Translations under genes and position numbers: made by a program
The notes under the pieces: generated by a model
Databases searched by the model: none
Seen by the model: the letters and a program-made list of their open reading frames with translations, nothing else
Told to the model about the DNA's origin: nothing
From: an uncultured Actinomycetota bacterium
GTDB taxonomy: Bacteria; Actinomycetota; Thermoleophilia; RBG-16-64-13
DNA length: 64,000 nucleotides
Assembly (NCBI GenBank): GCA_963790415.1
Contig: CAWBOK010000003.1
Location: 607,273-671,272 of the forward strand
Direction of reading: 5' to 3'
Shown here: piece by piece, positions 26,924 through 37,142 of the stretch
Layout: each line of letters starts with the position of its first letter
Numbering within the stretch: position 1 is the stretch's first letter

Positions 26924-28026
26924 TAAGGGCCGAGAAGTCGCTCGGCGGCCGACAGAGCGTAGACTTGGACTTCGGGGTCGGGGTCTTCGAGACAGTGCTG
27001 CAACTGGGACAGCGCTTCGGGTGTACCAACCTGCTCGAGCGCGTCGATCGCGGCCTTCTTGAAGTCGATCTCGTCCGAGAGTGCCAGAGCGTCGCCGATC
27101 TCCCTGGGAGACATGGAGGACAGGTCGTCGGCGCCCCGCACCGGTGATGGCGCCTGACTCTCCTCTGTCTCGGGTGCCTGACTCTCCTCGGCCTCAGGCG
27201 CCGGGCTCTCTTCGGTCTCGGGTACGGGACTGGGATCATCGTGTAGCACTGAGAGTTCTGTGTCGAGGGCGAGTTCCGAACCGCCCACCGCGCTTCCCCA
27301 GTCCTCCGGAGGAAGTACGTGAGCCATCTCCGCGGGTGGGAGTGCGCCGATCGCCCCCGGTTGCACCGCCGAGGCTCCGGCCGGTACCACTCCTTTGGGG
27401 ACGAGGTCCTCTTCTTCGCTCTCGAACTCGCCCTTCAGCGACACGGCGTATTGGCGGATGCGTTGGAGTCTCGACCGTTTTGACTCGTTGGAGCGCCCGG
27501 TCATCTTCGGTGTGAGCGTATCCACCGCGTCGATGATCCGCTGCGGCCGGTAGAGCTCCAGCCGGCGGAACTCGGCGGGGTCGAGTTCGCCCGAGTTCTG
27601 GAGCAGAGATTTGACCAGGACCATGACCGGGTCCGTCTCGAACATCGGGGTCGCCCGAGGCTTCGCGCCCGTGGCGGCGACCGCGGGTCGGGCCTCGGTC
27701 GCCGGGTAGGCATCGTCGGCGGGCCCAGCGTAGCCGGCGTGCTCGGCCCCGACCACAGGTTGGGCCTCAGCTATCGGGCCGGCGTCGATGGCCGGCTCGG
27801 CGCCGCCGGCGGGCCAGGCGGCCGTGGCGGAGGGTTCCTCATCGGCCGGCCACGTTTCGGGTCCGGAAGCCCAGCCGGACTCGGGTTCCGCGACTGCCGG
27901 TCCGGGCGGGGCAGGCGCCCGATCCCTCCGTGCCCGGACCCCGCGCAGCACCAGCACCAACACCAGAACGAGCAGTGCTATCACCGCTACTGCTCCGATG
28001 ATGTAGACCGGGTCAAGAGAAGGCAT
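26923..28026 (-). CDS. membrane-anchored protein with acidic PE-rich repeats and C-terminal HEAT-like repeat
   Basis: start ATG 28026 (MPSLDPVYIIGAVAVIALLVLVLVLVL); PETEESPAPEAEESQAPETEESQAP repeats; DALEQVGTPEALSQLQHCLEDPDPEVQVYA. Confidence 0.55.
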   Translation of the reverse strand: MPSLDPVYIIGAVAVIALLVLVLVLVLRGVRARRDRAPAPPGPAVAEPESGWASGPETWPADEEPSATAAWPAGGAEPAIDAGPIAEAQPVVGAEHAGYAGPADDAYPATEARPAVAATGAKPRATPMFETDPVMVLVKSLLQNSGELDPAEFRRLELYRPQRIIDAVDTLTPKMTGRSNESKRSRLQRIRQYAVSLKGEFESEEEDLVPKGVVPAGASAVQPGAIGALPPAEMAHVLPPEDWGSAVGGSELALDTELSVLHDDPSPVPETEESPAPEAEESQAPETEESQAPSPVRGADDLSSMSPREIGDALALSDEIDFKKAAIDALEQVGTPEALSQLQHCLEDPDPEVQVYALSAAERLLGP

Positions 28027-28125
28027 GTCTTCCGTCCTTTCTCGCTCGTGCGCGGCCCGGAGGCGGGCCCATGTTCGCCGATTCTGGTTCCTCCGTTGGC
28101 CGCGTGCTACCGTTGAAGCGCTTCC

Positions 28126-28899
28126 GTGATCGACACTCACTCACATCTGCTTCCTGGTATCGACGACGGAGCGGCTACGCTTGAAGAGAGCGTTGCGCTC
28201 GCGCGTCAGGCTGCCGCCGTGGGCGTCCGTGAAATCGTCTGTACTCCTCATCTGCGCCTGCCGGATGACCCTGCGGGAGACCAGGCCGCCGATATCCTGC
28301 CTGTGGTGCAGGCGGCTCTCGACGCGGCCGGTATTCCCATCCTCCTCCATCTTGGCTACGAACTCGGATTCTCCTTCGCAGCGGGTTTGGAGCCGGAGCA
28401 ATTGGCGCGCTATACCATCGGCGCGTCGTCGGCTATTCTCGTGGAGATCCCGCACGTAGGGTGGCCTCCGCTGGCCGAGCGGAACGTGCATCGGTGGAGA
28501 CTACAGGGTTTTATTCCCATTCTTGCCCATCCCGAACGGTGCGACCGCGCGCAGCGTGATCCTTCGCTCGTGGAGACGTTGCTGCGAATGGGAGCGGTCG
28601 CCCAGGGCACCACTCCCAGCCTGATGGGCTTGTTTGGCCCTGCCAGCCGGCGTCTGCTGCTGCGGCTCTTGGCCGGGGGCGGCCTCTCTCTGCTTGCCAG
28701 CGACACTCATTTCGGCAGGTCCAGCGGGCGGGATCTGCGTGCGGCCACCCACCGGTTGCTACAGTATGCTCCGGGCGCCGACGTGCGGACTCTCACAGAG
28801 GACAACCCGGCGCGCCTGTTGCGCGGAGAGCCTCTGCTGGCGGTGGAGCCGGTTAGGGTGTTGCGGTCCTGGGAAACCTACATACGACGGGTGTTGTGA
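28126..28899 (+). CDS. PHP-domain protein-tyrosine phosphatase (CpsB/YwqE-like)
   Basis: 257 aa; IDTHSHLLPGIDDG, CTPH, ILAHPER, SDTH motifs. Confidence 0.8.
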   Translation: MIDTHSHLLPGIDDGAATLEESVALARQAAAVGVREIVCTPHLRLPDDPAGDQAADILPVVQAALDAAGIPILLHLGYELGFSFAAGLEPEQLARYTIGASSAILVEIPHVGWPPLAERNVHRWRLQGFIPILAHPERCDRAQRDPSLVETLLRMGAVAQGTTPSLMGLFGPASRRLLLRLLAGGGLSLLASDTHFGRSSGRDLRAATHRLLQYAPGADVRTLTEDNPARLLRGEPLLAVEPVRVLRSWETYIRRVL

Positions 28900-29699
28900 T
28901 GGTCGATCAAGAGCATAATCGTTCAAGATGGCAATGGCGTCGGGTCTTGGCCGATGTTCTCATCGTTGTGGGCGTGGCTGTGCTGCTCTACCCCGTGGGG
29001 ACGTGGGGGTACGCGTGGTGGCAACAGAGGGAACTCGCGCGAAAGCTGGTTGCGAGTCATCCGGCTCTCACGATTCCCAGCGCGTCGTATTTCCACGAGG
29101 ACATGTTCCAGCTGAAAGCCGAGCAGGATGCGCAGCAAGAGGCGCTCGCTGAGGCCGAGCGGGTTGCCGCGAAGGCCAAGCGCGATGCAGAGCTGGCGTC
29201 ATTGGCCGAGGCGGCTCGGGCCTACACTGATTCGTTCGCCGTGGGAGCTGCTTCCGGCGTCGTCCCTATCGGCCGTGTGATCATCCCCAAGATAGGGGTC
29301 GACGTTGTTCTCGTGCAGGGGACCGGTCGGGGTGATCTTCGGGAGGGGCCGGGGCACTGGCCGGAGACGCCGCTACCCGGCTTGGGCGGCAACTTCGTGG
29401 TCTCGGGCCACCGGACCACCTACGGCGCACCGTTCCTGAGGCTCGACAAACTGGCTGCCGGAGACGAGATCGACGTGCTTCTGCCGTACGTTGCGGCCAC
29501 CTACCGGGTTACACGCACCATCATCGTGCGCCCCGACCAGACGGATGTAGTGGCTCAGCGGGGGGTGGAGGAGTTGTCGTTGGCCACCTGCCACCCTATC
29601 TACAGTGCCCGCCAGCGGCTGGTCGTGCAGGCAGAGATGGTGTCGTTCAAGCTGCTGGAGACGGCCGCGGCCGCGACCACTCCCGCGGGCGGAGGCTGA
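28896..29699 (+). CDS. class E sortase
   Basis: 267 aa; N-terminal TM; VVSGHRTTYGAPF (His), LSLATCHP (TLxTC Cys), QRLVV (Arg); overlaps the cpsB-like stop. Confidence 0.85.
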   Translation: MMVDQEHNRSRWQWRRVLADVLIVVGVAVLLYPVGTWGYAWWQQRELARKLVASHPALTIPSASYFHEDMFQLKAEQDAQQEALAEAERVAAKAKRDAELASLAEAARAYTDSFAVGAASGVVPIGRVIIPKIGVDVVLVQGTGRGDLREGPGHWPETPLPGLGGNFVVSGHRTTYGAPFLRLDKLAAGDEIDVLLPYVAATYRVTRTIIVRPDQTDVVAQRGVEELSLATCHPIYSARQRLVVQAEMVSFKLLETAAAATTPAGGG

Positions 29700-29837
29700 G
29701 GTCGGAGCGGGCGCCCGGGCGATCGGTCGGGTCTTCGCGGGAGACCGCTGTCAATCCAAATCGGCCGCACCGTTTACATCGTTCGGCCTGCGCTGTAGCA
29801 TTGAGAGCGGCGCAGACCGCGTCAGACGGAGGATACG

Positions 29838-30110
29838 ATGGCCCAGTTTGATGAAGAACTCAGTCGAAAAGCGGATGAACTGCGCAGGGCCGCGACGGAC
29901 ATCACCCGGGATCTTCGGAAGTTCGCCGCGAATCTCCAGGAAGAGATGGTGGTCTTCACGGAGGATCTGCGGAAGCGGGCCCGGGGGGCGCCACCCTTCG
30001 AACTCACCGCCATCGAGAAGATTCGCCAACTCGCTGAACTCCGTGACGAAGGCATCATCGCGGAGGACGAATTCCAGGAACAGAAGAAGCGGTTGCTCGA
30101 CCAGGTCTGA
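29838..30110 (+). CDS. SHOCT-domain protein
   Basis: 90 aa; C-terminal IRQLAELRDEGIIAEDEFQEQKKRLL. Confidence 0.7.
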   Translation: MAQFDEELSRKADELRRAATDITRDLRKFAANLQEEMVVFTEDLRKRARGAPPFELTAIEKIRQLAELRDEGIIAEDEFQEQKKRLLDQV

Positions 30111-30133
30111 CTACAACGATTGCGAGGAACGCC

Positions 30134-30610
30134 ATGAAGACCGAGACGGGCACGCAGGCCGAGCAGCACCAGCGTGTCGTCCGCGAGGTGATGAGACTTC
30201 TGCCGGAACTCGGCACTGCCATCACGCGGAGTATCCCGACCCACGTTCGGCACGAAGGGGTCTCGATGGCGCAGGTGAAGGCCATGGTGCAACTCTTCGA
30301 GTTTGGGCCGCAGACCATGGGCGACCTCGCCGCTGGGCTCAAGATCACGACGCCATCGGCCACCGGGCTGATAAACCCCCTTGCCGAGCAGGGCTTCGTG
30401 GTGCGCGACCGCGACCAGGACGACCGGCGCGTCGTGCGGGTGAGTCTGAGTGAGCACGCCGAAGAGATCGCCCATTCGATCATCGACCAGAGGCAGGCGG
30501 AGGTGGCAGCCGCCATGCAGGGCATGAGTATCGAGGCCCAAGAGTGCTTCTTGGAAGGCCTGGAGAGGTTGGCGGCCGCGTACGGCGGCGGGGCGGACGC
30601 CCGGGCTTGA
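30134..30610 (+). CDS. MarR family transcriptional regulator
   Basis: 158 aa; winged HTH (MGDLAAGLKITTPSATGLINPLAEQGFVVRDRDQDDRRVVRV). Confidence 0.85.
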   Translation: MKTETGTQAEQHQRVVREVMRLLPELGTAITRSIPTHVRHEGVSMAQVKAMVQLFEFGPQTMGDLAAGLKITTPSATGLINPLAEQGFVVRDRDQDDRRVVRVSLSEHAEEIAHSIIDQRQAEVAAAMQGMSIEAQECFLEGLERLAAAYGGGADARA

Positions 30611-32325
30611 ACGACATCCAGCAGAGTCGCAGGAGGTGGCATGTCCTGACGATCCTGTGCATCGGGCTGTTCATGCTCCTGCTCGACGGCACGATCGTCA
30701 ACATCGCGATCCCCAGCATCATGGCGGACTTCCACGCGGGGTTCTCCCAGGTGGAGTGGGTCATGAACGCCTACCTGCTCGTGTTCGCCGTGCTGTTGAT
30801 CACCATGGGTCGTTTGGGCGACCTCTACGGGCGCAAACGCCTGTTCGTCATCGGTACCGCCGTCTTCACCTTGGCCTCGCTGGCATGCGGTCTCGCCCCG
30901 TCGATCGGCGCGCTCATCGCGTTTCGAGCGGTGCAGGGCTTCGGCGGCGCCATGATGATGCCCAACACCCTCTCCATCATCGCGAATGTCTTCAGTGCGC
31001 GCGAACGGGGCACCGCGATGGGCATCTGGGGCGGCGTGACCGGCGTCGCCACCGCGGTCGGGCCGACGCTGGGCGGGGTGCTCGTGCAGGTGGCTTCGTG
31101 GCCGTATATCTTCTGGATCAACGTACCGGTGGGCATCGCGGTCGTGGTCCTGGCTGTGCGGGTGATTCCCGAGTCGAGCGACCCCGCCTCGCATCAGCAG
31201 ATCGACTGGGCGGGAGTGTTCGTGCTGAGCGGCTCTCTCTTCTGCCTGACGTTCGCCCTGATAGAAGGACAGAACTACGGTTGGACATCACCGATCATCC
31301 TGGGGCTGTTCGCGGCGGCTGCTCTGGGTCTGGTGGCGTTCATCTTCATCGAGCGCAGGCAACGCGAACCGTTGATGGAACTCTCGCTGTTCCGCTCGCG
31401 CGTGTTCAGCGTGGGGAACATCTGCGGCGCCTGCCTCACGTTCGGCATGATGGGCGTGCTCTTCCTGCTCCCCATCTTCCTGCAGTCGATCCTGGGTTAC
31501 AGCGCCATCAAGACCGGCCTGACGCTCACGCCGCTCGCCGCCGTGGTGATCTTCGCGGCCCCGTTGTCCGGCTGGCTCTCCGATCGTATCGGCAGCCGCT
31601 GGCTGGTGTCGGGGGGCATGCTGGTTCTGGCCGGCGGATTCGCCCTCATACGGTCGGTGATGTCACTCGACGCGGACTGGTCTTCGTTCGTCATCCCGTT
31701 CATGATCTCCGGTATCGGGATCGGCATGGTGATGGCTCCGCTGACGTCGGTCGTGATGGCATCGGCGCCGCTGGGCAAGGCCGGCCAGGCCTCGGGAGTG
31801 CTCTCGACCATGAGGCAGCTCGGCTCGGTGCTGGGGATCGCCGTGATGGGGGCGGTGTTGCAGAATCGCGCGGTCATCTATCTGGAGCAGGCGGTCTCGG
31901 CCAAGCTCTCCGGCGTGTCGTACATCCCGGCGGAGGCGAAGACGAAGATCGCCTCGAGCGTGGGCGCGACCATGAAGAACATGGGCGAGATGAGCGCGGG
32001 CGGCGGTATGGGAAAGCCTCCGGCGGCGGTCACCGACATGATCGCCCAGGTTCCCGCCGCGATGGTGGAGCAGGTCAAGGCCTTCTTCGCCGAACTCTTC
32101 AACCGCACCCTGATACTGGGCGAGTTCGTGCGGGCCATGCAGACGACCCTTCTCGTCTCGATGGTGGTGTTGATCTGTGGGTCGGCGTTGGCCGCCCTGT
32201 TCCTGCGCAGCCATGTGGCGCCCGCCGAAGGGCGTGAGGAAACGGGGTTGGGAGAAGGCGGTCCTGGCGCGGACATTCGCCAACGTTTGGGCGACGGCGG
32301 ACTGGCGGCGGAGGAGGGAGCGTAG
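30607..32325 (+). CDS. MFS transporter, DHA2 (EmrB/QacA, 14-TMS) family
   Basis: TTG start overlapping the marR stop (TTGA); LLDGTIVNIAIPSI, GRLGDLYGRKR motif; about 14 TM helices. Confidence 0.9.
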   Translation: MNDIQQSRRRWHVLTILCIGLFMLLLDGTIVNIAIPSIMADFHAGFSQVEWVMNAYLLVFAVLLITMGRLGDLYGRKRLFVIGTAVFTLASLACGLAPSIGALIAFRAVQGFGGAMMMPNTLSIIANVFSARERGTAMGIWGGVTGVATAVGPTLGGVLVQVASWPYIFWINVPVGIAVVVLAVRVIPESSDPASHQQIDWAGVFVLSGSLFCLTFALIEGQNYGWTSPIILGLFAAAALGLVAFIFIERRQREPLMELSLFRSRVFSVGNICGACLTFGMMGVLFLLPIFLQSILGYSAIKTGLTLTPLAAVVIFAAPLSGWLSDRIGSRWLVSGGMLVLAGGFALIRSVMSLDADWSSFVIPFMISGIGIGMVMAPLTSVVMASAPLGKAGQASGVLSTMRQLGSVLGIAVMGAVLQNRAVIYLEQAVSAKLSGVSYIPAEAKTKIASSVGATMKNMGEMSAGGGMGKPPAAVTDMIAQVPAAMVEQVKAFFAELFNRTLILGEFVRAMQTTLLVSMVVLICGSALAALFLRSHVAPAEGREETGLGEGGPGADIRQRLGDGGLAAEEGA

Positions 32326-32422
32326 CTTCCGACCCGTATGTTATCCTTGGCCGCGTCCCCGACGGCCCGCGGCCTGGTCGCGGCCTCAGCGTCCCCGCCG
32401 CTCCCACTAACGTAGGGTATCC

Positions 32423-33445
32423 ATGGCCGTAGAGCTATTCGTCGAATATCTGTCTGAAGTCCGCCCCATCATCGACCGCAGGCTGAGCGAGTATCTGGCC
32501 GTGGTGCCGGTGGGCAGTGGTCTGCACACGTACCTGTATGGCGTGCTCGACGAGTTCATCGCGCGCGGCGGCAAACGGCTGCGCCCCGCGATGGCCATGA
32601 TGGCCTGTGAGGCAGTGGGCGGTGAGCCCCTTAGGGCACTGCCGAGCGGGTGTGCGGTGGAGTTCTTCCACGCTGCGGCCCTCATCCACGACGACATCAT
32701 GGATGGCAGCGAGCTACGCCGTGACGAGCAGTGCGCGCACATCGTGCACGGCATCCCCTTGGCGATCAACACCGGCGACTTCGCCCTGGGGCTGGTGTGC
32801 ACCATCGTGGTGCGCGACGAGGGTCTGAACGACCGCACCAAGATCGCGGTGCTCGACGCCATCGGTGAGATGAGCGCCCGCACGATCGAAGGTCAGGCCC
32901 TGGACGTGGGTTGGGTGCGCGACGATGTGTACGACCTCACGGCCGACGACTACCTCTTCATGGCCTTGGGCAAGACCGGCTACTACTCGGGCATATCGCC
33001 CCTCAAGATAGGCGCGCTGATAGGTGGAGCGGGCGACCGCGAGCGCCGGTCGTTGGAGGAGTTCGGCAAGAACTCGGCCGTCGCGTTCCAGATCCAAGAC
33101 GATCTCCTCAACATCGTGGGCGATGAGGTCACCACCGGCAAGGATTACCTCAACGACATCCTGGAGAGCAAGCGGACCTTGATGGTGATCCACTGCCTCG
33201 AGACCGCGGCGGCGTCCGACAAGGAACGCCTCGCCGCACTGCTCCGTCTGGGGCCGGCCAAGTCGCCCGACCAGGCGCAGGAGGTGGTCGCCTTGCTCTA
33301 TCAGTACGGCTCGATCGAGTATGCCCGGAACCTGGGGCGCGGTCTGATCCTGGAGGCGCGTTCCTATCTGGAAGTCCTGCCCCGGTCGTCGGCCCGCGAC
33401 GCGCTGGCGTCGATGGCCGACTTCTTCCTCGAGCGGGACAGCTAG
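32423..33445 (+). CDS. polyprenyl (geranylgeranyl) diphosphate synthase
   Basis: 340 aa; FARM LIHDDIMDGSELRR and SARM FQIQDDLLN. Confidence 0.9.
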   Translation: MAVELFVEYLSEVRPIIDRRLSEYLAVVPVGSGLHTYLYGVLDEFIARGGKRLRPAMAMMACEAVGGEPLRALPSGCAVEFFHAAALIHDDIMDGSELRRDEQCAHIVHGIPLAINTGDFALGLVCTIVVRDEGLNDRTKIAVLDAIGEMSARTIEGQALDVGWVRDDVYDLTADDYLFMALGKTGYYSGISPLKIGALIGGAGDRERRSLEEFGKNSAVAFQIQDDLLNIVGDEVTTGKDYLNDILESKRTLMVIHCLETAAASDKERLAALLRLGPAKSPDQAQEVVALLYQYGSIEYARNLGRGLILEARSYLEVLPRSSARDALASMADFFLERDS

Positions 33446-33453
33446 GACCGCCG

Positions 33454-34557
33454 ATGAAGGCGGTCACCACCGACGGTCGGGGTGGCCTGTGCCCAGCCGA
33501 CGTGCCCGTTCCGGCGGTGCCGCCGGGCGGCGCCCGCGTCGCGGTGACGCTCTGCGGACTCTGCGGCAGCGACGTAGAGAAGCTGGCACTGCCCGGCCTC
33601 GCGGCGGGCCGCGTGCTCGGTCACGAGGTGGTGGGGTGGCTGGAGTCCTCCGACGGCGACCCCGTTCGTGTGGCGCTGGCCCATCACGTACCCTGCGGAC
33701 GGTGCGGTCTCTGCCGGTCGGGTCACTCGTCGCTCTGCGCCCAGTTCACCGCGACGCAGCTGGAACCGGGTGGCTTCGCGGAGCGGCTCTCCGTGGGTCC
33801 CCTGCATCTGGCCGACGCGGTCTTCCCGCTGCCCGAGGCGGTCGACGACCTGACGGGCACCCTGCTCGAGCCACTCTCCTGCGTGCTGCGCGCACTCGAC
33901 GCGGTCGCGGGTGTGCGGGCGGGCTTCCCATTGCCGGCCGTCGGCGGCGGTCCGCCCGAGCCGCGCGGCGATGACCCGTTTCGGGTGTTGGTGGCGGGGT
34001 GCGGATCGATGGGGTTGCTGTTCCTGGCGGTGTTGGCGGCGGAAAGTGGCGGCCTTGCCGCGCCCGGGAACGCGCCGCCTGCGACCGGGCACGCCGCCGT
34101 GTTTGTGGACCCGCCGCCCGCCGCCGCACCGCCGGGAGTTGGCGACGTGTACTTCCTCGAGCCTGATCCGGCCCGTGCCGCGCTCGCGGTGTCCCTTGGT
34201 GCACGCCCGTGGGTTCCCGGCGGCGCGGAACCGTCTCATGTGGCCGTCGTGACGGCGCCCGGCGCACTGGCCGACGTGGTGGCGTCGATGGCCCCGGGTG
34301 GCGTGGTGGTGGTGTTCGCCGGGCCGCGTGCGCCGGTCGCCCTCGACCTCGACGTGGTCTACCGGCGTGAACTGACCCTGCTCGGCGTGCGGTCGGGTTC
34401 GCCCGCGCATCTGCGCCGGGCGCTCGCTCTGCTGGCGGCAGGGAACCTACCGCTGTCGTGGTTCCGTCCCGAGGTCGTCGACCTGGAGGGTTTGCCGGAT
34501 GCCGCGCGCCGGTATGTCTCCGGCGAGGTGCTCAAAGTCGTTGTGAGGTGCGCATGA
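33454..34557 (+). CDS. zinc-dependent alcohol dehydrogenase family (MDR) protein
   Basis: 367 aa; GLCGSDVEK, GHEVVG, structural-Zn Cys cluster CGRCGLCRSG..C. Confidence 0.75.
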   Translation: MKAVTTDGRGGLCPADVPVPAVPPGGARVAVTLCGLCGSDVEKLALPGLAAGRVLGHEVVGWLESSDGDPVRVALAHHVPCGRCGLCRSGHSSLCAQFTATQLEPGGFAERLSVGPLHLADAVFPLPEAVDDLTGTLLEPLSCVLRALDAVAGVRAGFPLPAVGGGPPEPRGDDPFRVLVAGCGSMGLLFLAVLAAESGGLAAPGNAPPATGHAAVFVDPPPAAAPPGVGDVYFLEPDPARAALAVSLGARPWVPGGAEPSHVAVVTAPGALADVVASMAPGGVVVVFAGPRAPVALDLDVVYRRELTLLGVRSGSPAHLRRALALLAAGNLPLSWFRPEVVDLEGLPDAARRYVSGEVLKVVVRCA

Positions 34558-34561
34558 GGCA

Positions 34562-35632
34562 GTGTGGCGACGTCGAGGCGAGGCTCGGGTGAGACAGGCC
34601 CTCTTCTACGCTCCCGGTGACGTGCGCCTGGTCGAGGTGCCCATGCCGCGGCCGGGCCGCGGCGAGGTGCTGGTGAAGGTCGAGGTGGCCCTGGTCTGCG
34701 GCACCGACGCCAAGACGTTCCGCCGAGGCCATCCGCTGCTCCTCGAGCGGGCGCCCGCGCCGTTCGGGCACGAGTACTGCGGCGTGGTGGTGGACGTGGG
34801 CGAGGGAGTGACCGCCTTCGCGCGCGGGGACCGGGTGACCAGCGCAAACTCCGCGCCCTGTGGTCATTGCTTCTTCTGCCGACGCAGCCAGGCGTCGTTG
34901 TGCGAGCATCTGCAGCCTCTTCTGAACGGCGCCTATGCCGACTACCTTCTGGTGCCGGCTTCCATCGTGGCCGTGAACATGTTCAAGGTGCCCTCTGGCA
35001 TGGGGCCGGAGCGGGCCGCCCTCCTGGAACCGCTCGCCTGCGTTCTGAAAGGGCTGGAGGTGGGCGAAGTGGGCCCCGGAACCACGGTCGGGGTGGTGGG
35101 ACTCGGTCCCATCGGTCTGATGATGGTATATGCGGCGGCGCACCGGGGCGCGCGTGTGATCGCGGTGGAGCGCAATGTCCACAAACTCGAGGCGGCCCGG
35201 CGGATGGGAGCGTCTGCGACGGTGGATACTTCCACCCTGGACGATCCTGCGGAGGCCGTGCGGGAACTGACCGACGAGGCGCGCGGGGTCGACGTCGCCA
35301 TCGAGGCAGTCGGTCGGCCGGATGTGTGGGATTTCGCGGTGGGCATCGTCCGCCGGGGCGGGGTCGTCAACTTCTTCGGCGGATGCGAGCCTGGCAGCGA
35401 AGCCCGCATCGACACCTACCGGTTGCACTACGAAGAACTCTGTCTGACAGCGGCGTTCCACCACACGCCGCGTCACGTGCGCATGGCCATGGACGTGTTG
35501 ACACGTCCCGAGTTCCCGCACGAAGTCCTGATCACCCACCGGTACACTCTCGATGAGGTGGTGACGCCTCTGCGGGTCATGAACAAGGAGATCGCGGCTC
35601 AGGGGTTCATCAAGGCGGCGGTGATACCGTGA
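34562..35632 (+). CDS. zinc-dependent alcohol/threonine dehydrogenase family (MDR) protein
   Basis: 356 aa (start may be GTG 34589); [39 protein letters not shown] Rossmann motif. Confidence 0.8.
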   Translation: MWRRRGEARVRQALFYAPGDVRLVEVPMPRPGRGEVLVKVEVALVCGTDAKTFRRGHPLLLERAPAPFGHEYCGVVVDVGEGVTAFARGDRVTSANSAPCGHCFFCRRSQASLCEHLQPLLNGAYADYLLVPASIVAVNMFKVPSGMGPERAALLEPLACVLKGLEVGEVGPGTTVGVVGLGPIGLMMVYAAAHRGARVIAVERNVHKLEAARRMGASATVDTSTLDDPAEAVRELTDEARGVDVAIEAVGRPDVWDFAVGIVRRGGVVNFFGGCEPGSEARIDTYRLHYEELCLTAAFHHTPRHVRMAMDVLTRPEFPHEVLITHRYTLDEVVTPLRVMNKEIAAQGFIKAAVIP

Positions 35633-35674
35633 CGGAGGCGTCGGCATGACCATGACGAAGGCGGCGGTGAGGGC

Positions 35675-37142
35675 GTGAACGACGAGGCTCGGCAGGCGCT
35701 GCGCGGCCTGCCTTCGGTGGAGGAGCTGCTGGAGCAGCCGGCGGCACGCGATCTGACGGGCCGGCATGCCCGGGATCAGGTGGTGGAGGCGCTGCGCGCA
35801 GGCCGTCGCCGCGGCCCGCGCAACGATCTTGAGCGGCGCCGAGCCCCAGACCTGGGGCGAGGCCGTGGAGTCCGCCCGCCTGCTCGCGGCGGCCGAGGCG
35901 ATCCTGGAGCGTTGGAGCCGGCCGCACCTGCGCCGGGTCATCAACGCCACCGGGGTCGTGGTGCACACCAACCTGGGCCGCTCCCTGCTCGCCGACGCCG
36001 CCGTGGAGCGCGTCCTCGAGGTGGCCCGCTCCTACAACACCCTCGAGTACGACCTGGAGGCGGGCGGCCGGGGCTCCCGCCACGACCATGTCGAGGGACT
36101 GCTCTGCCGACTCACCGGCGCAGAGGCCGCCATGGTGGTGAACAACAACGCCGCCGCGGTGCTCCTGATCCTCTCCGCGCTGGCGGCCGGCAAGGAGGTG
36201 CTGGTCTCCCGCGGCCAACTGGTGGAGATAGGCGGATCGTTCCGCATCCCCGACATCATGCGCCTGAGCGGCGCTCGTCTGGTGGAGGTGGGCACCACCA
36301 ACAAGACCCACCTGTCGGACTACGAGACCGCGATCACGTCCGAGACCGCGCTCCTGCTCCGCGTGCATACCTCGAACTTCAAGATCGTGGGCTTCGCCGA
36401 GGAGGTCGCGATCGAGGACCTCGTCTCGCTGGGGGCCGCGTGGGGTCTGCCGGTCGCCGACGATCTGGGCAGCGGCGCGTTGCTGCCCCTCGACATCTTC
36501 AGCGACGAACCCTCGGTGGCCGCGTCCCTGCGCGCCGGCGTCGACGTGGTGTGCTTCAGCGGCGACAAACTGCTGGGCGGGCCCCAGGCGGGCATCCTGC
36601 TCGGCCGCGCCGAGACCATCGCCGCGCTCAAGCGGCATCCGCTGGCCCGGGCTCTCCGCGTGGACAAGATGACCCTGGCGGCTCTCGAGGGCACCCTGCA
36701 GCTCTATCGCGATCCCGAGGCGGCTCGCAAGGCCATCCCCACCCTGCGCTACCTGGAGCGGACTCCAGCCGAGACCGAGGCCCTGGCCGGCGAGGTCCTC
36801 GCGCTGCTGCGGCGGCGCTGCGGCGAGACCGGCGTGGCCGCGGAGCTGGCCGTGGAGCCCACGCTGGCGAAGGCCGGGGGCGGCTCGCTGCCGCTGCTGG
36901 AGATCCCGTCGCATGCGGTGACCGTCCGTCCGGGGGCGGGCGGAGTGGTGGCCCTGGAGGCCGCAGTTCGGGACGCGTCGCCGCCGGTGGTGGGGCGCGT
37001 GGCGCAGGACGCCCTGTATCTGGACGTGTTGGCTCTGGCCGAGTCCGAGGTGCCGGAGCTGGTGGAGTCGGTGGTGTGGGCGCTGGTGCGCGGAGAGGAC
37101 GGCCGGTCGCAGGCCGGCGACCCAGGCTCCGCCCATGCCTGA
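35675..37142 (+). pseudogene. selA: L-seryl-tRNA(Sec) selenium transferase, one frame disruption near the 5' end
   Basis: N-terminal 40 aa ([19 protein letters not shown]...VVEALR) in the frame of GTG 35675; remainder ([34 protein letters not shown]-Lys) in the 35766 frame; junction near 35795-35802 needs one base skipped. Confidence 0.85.

Noticed and set aside
27130-27235. 24-nt tandem repeats (PETEESPAPEAEESQAP)
   Set aside because: An in-frame acidic low-complexity linker of the 26923..28026 protein, not an independent element.
33442-34410. 322-aa minus-strand ORF within the first dehydrogenase gene
   Set aside because: Shadow ORF. The plus-strand frame has the GHE / CxxC zinc-ADH motifs.
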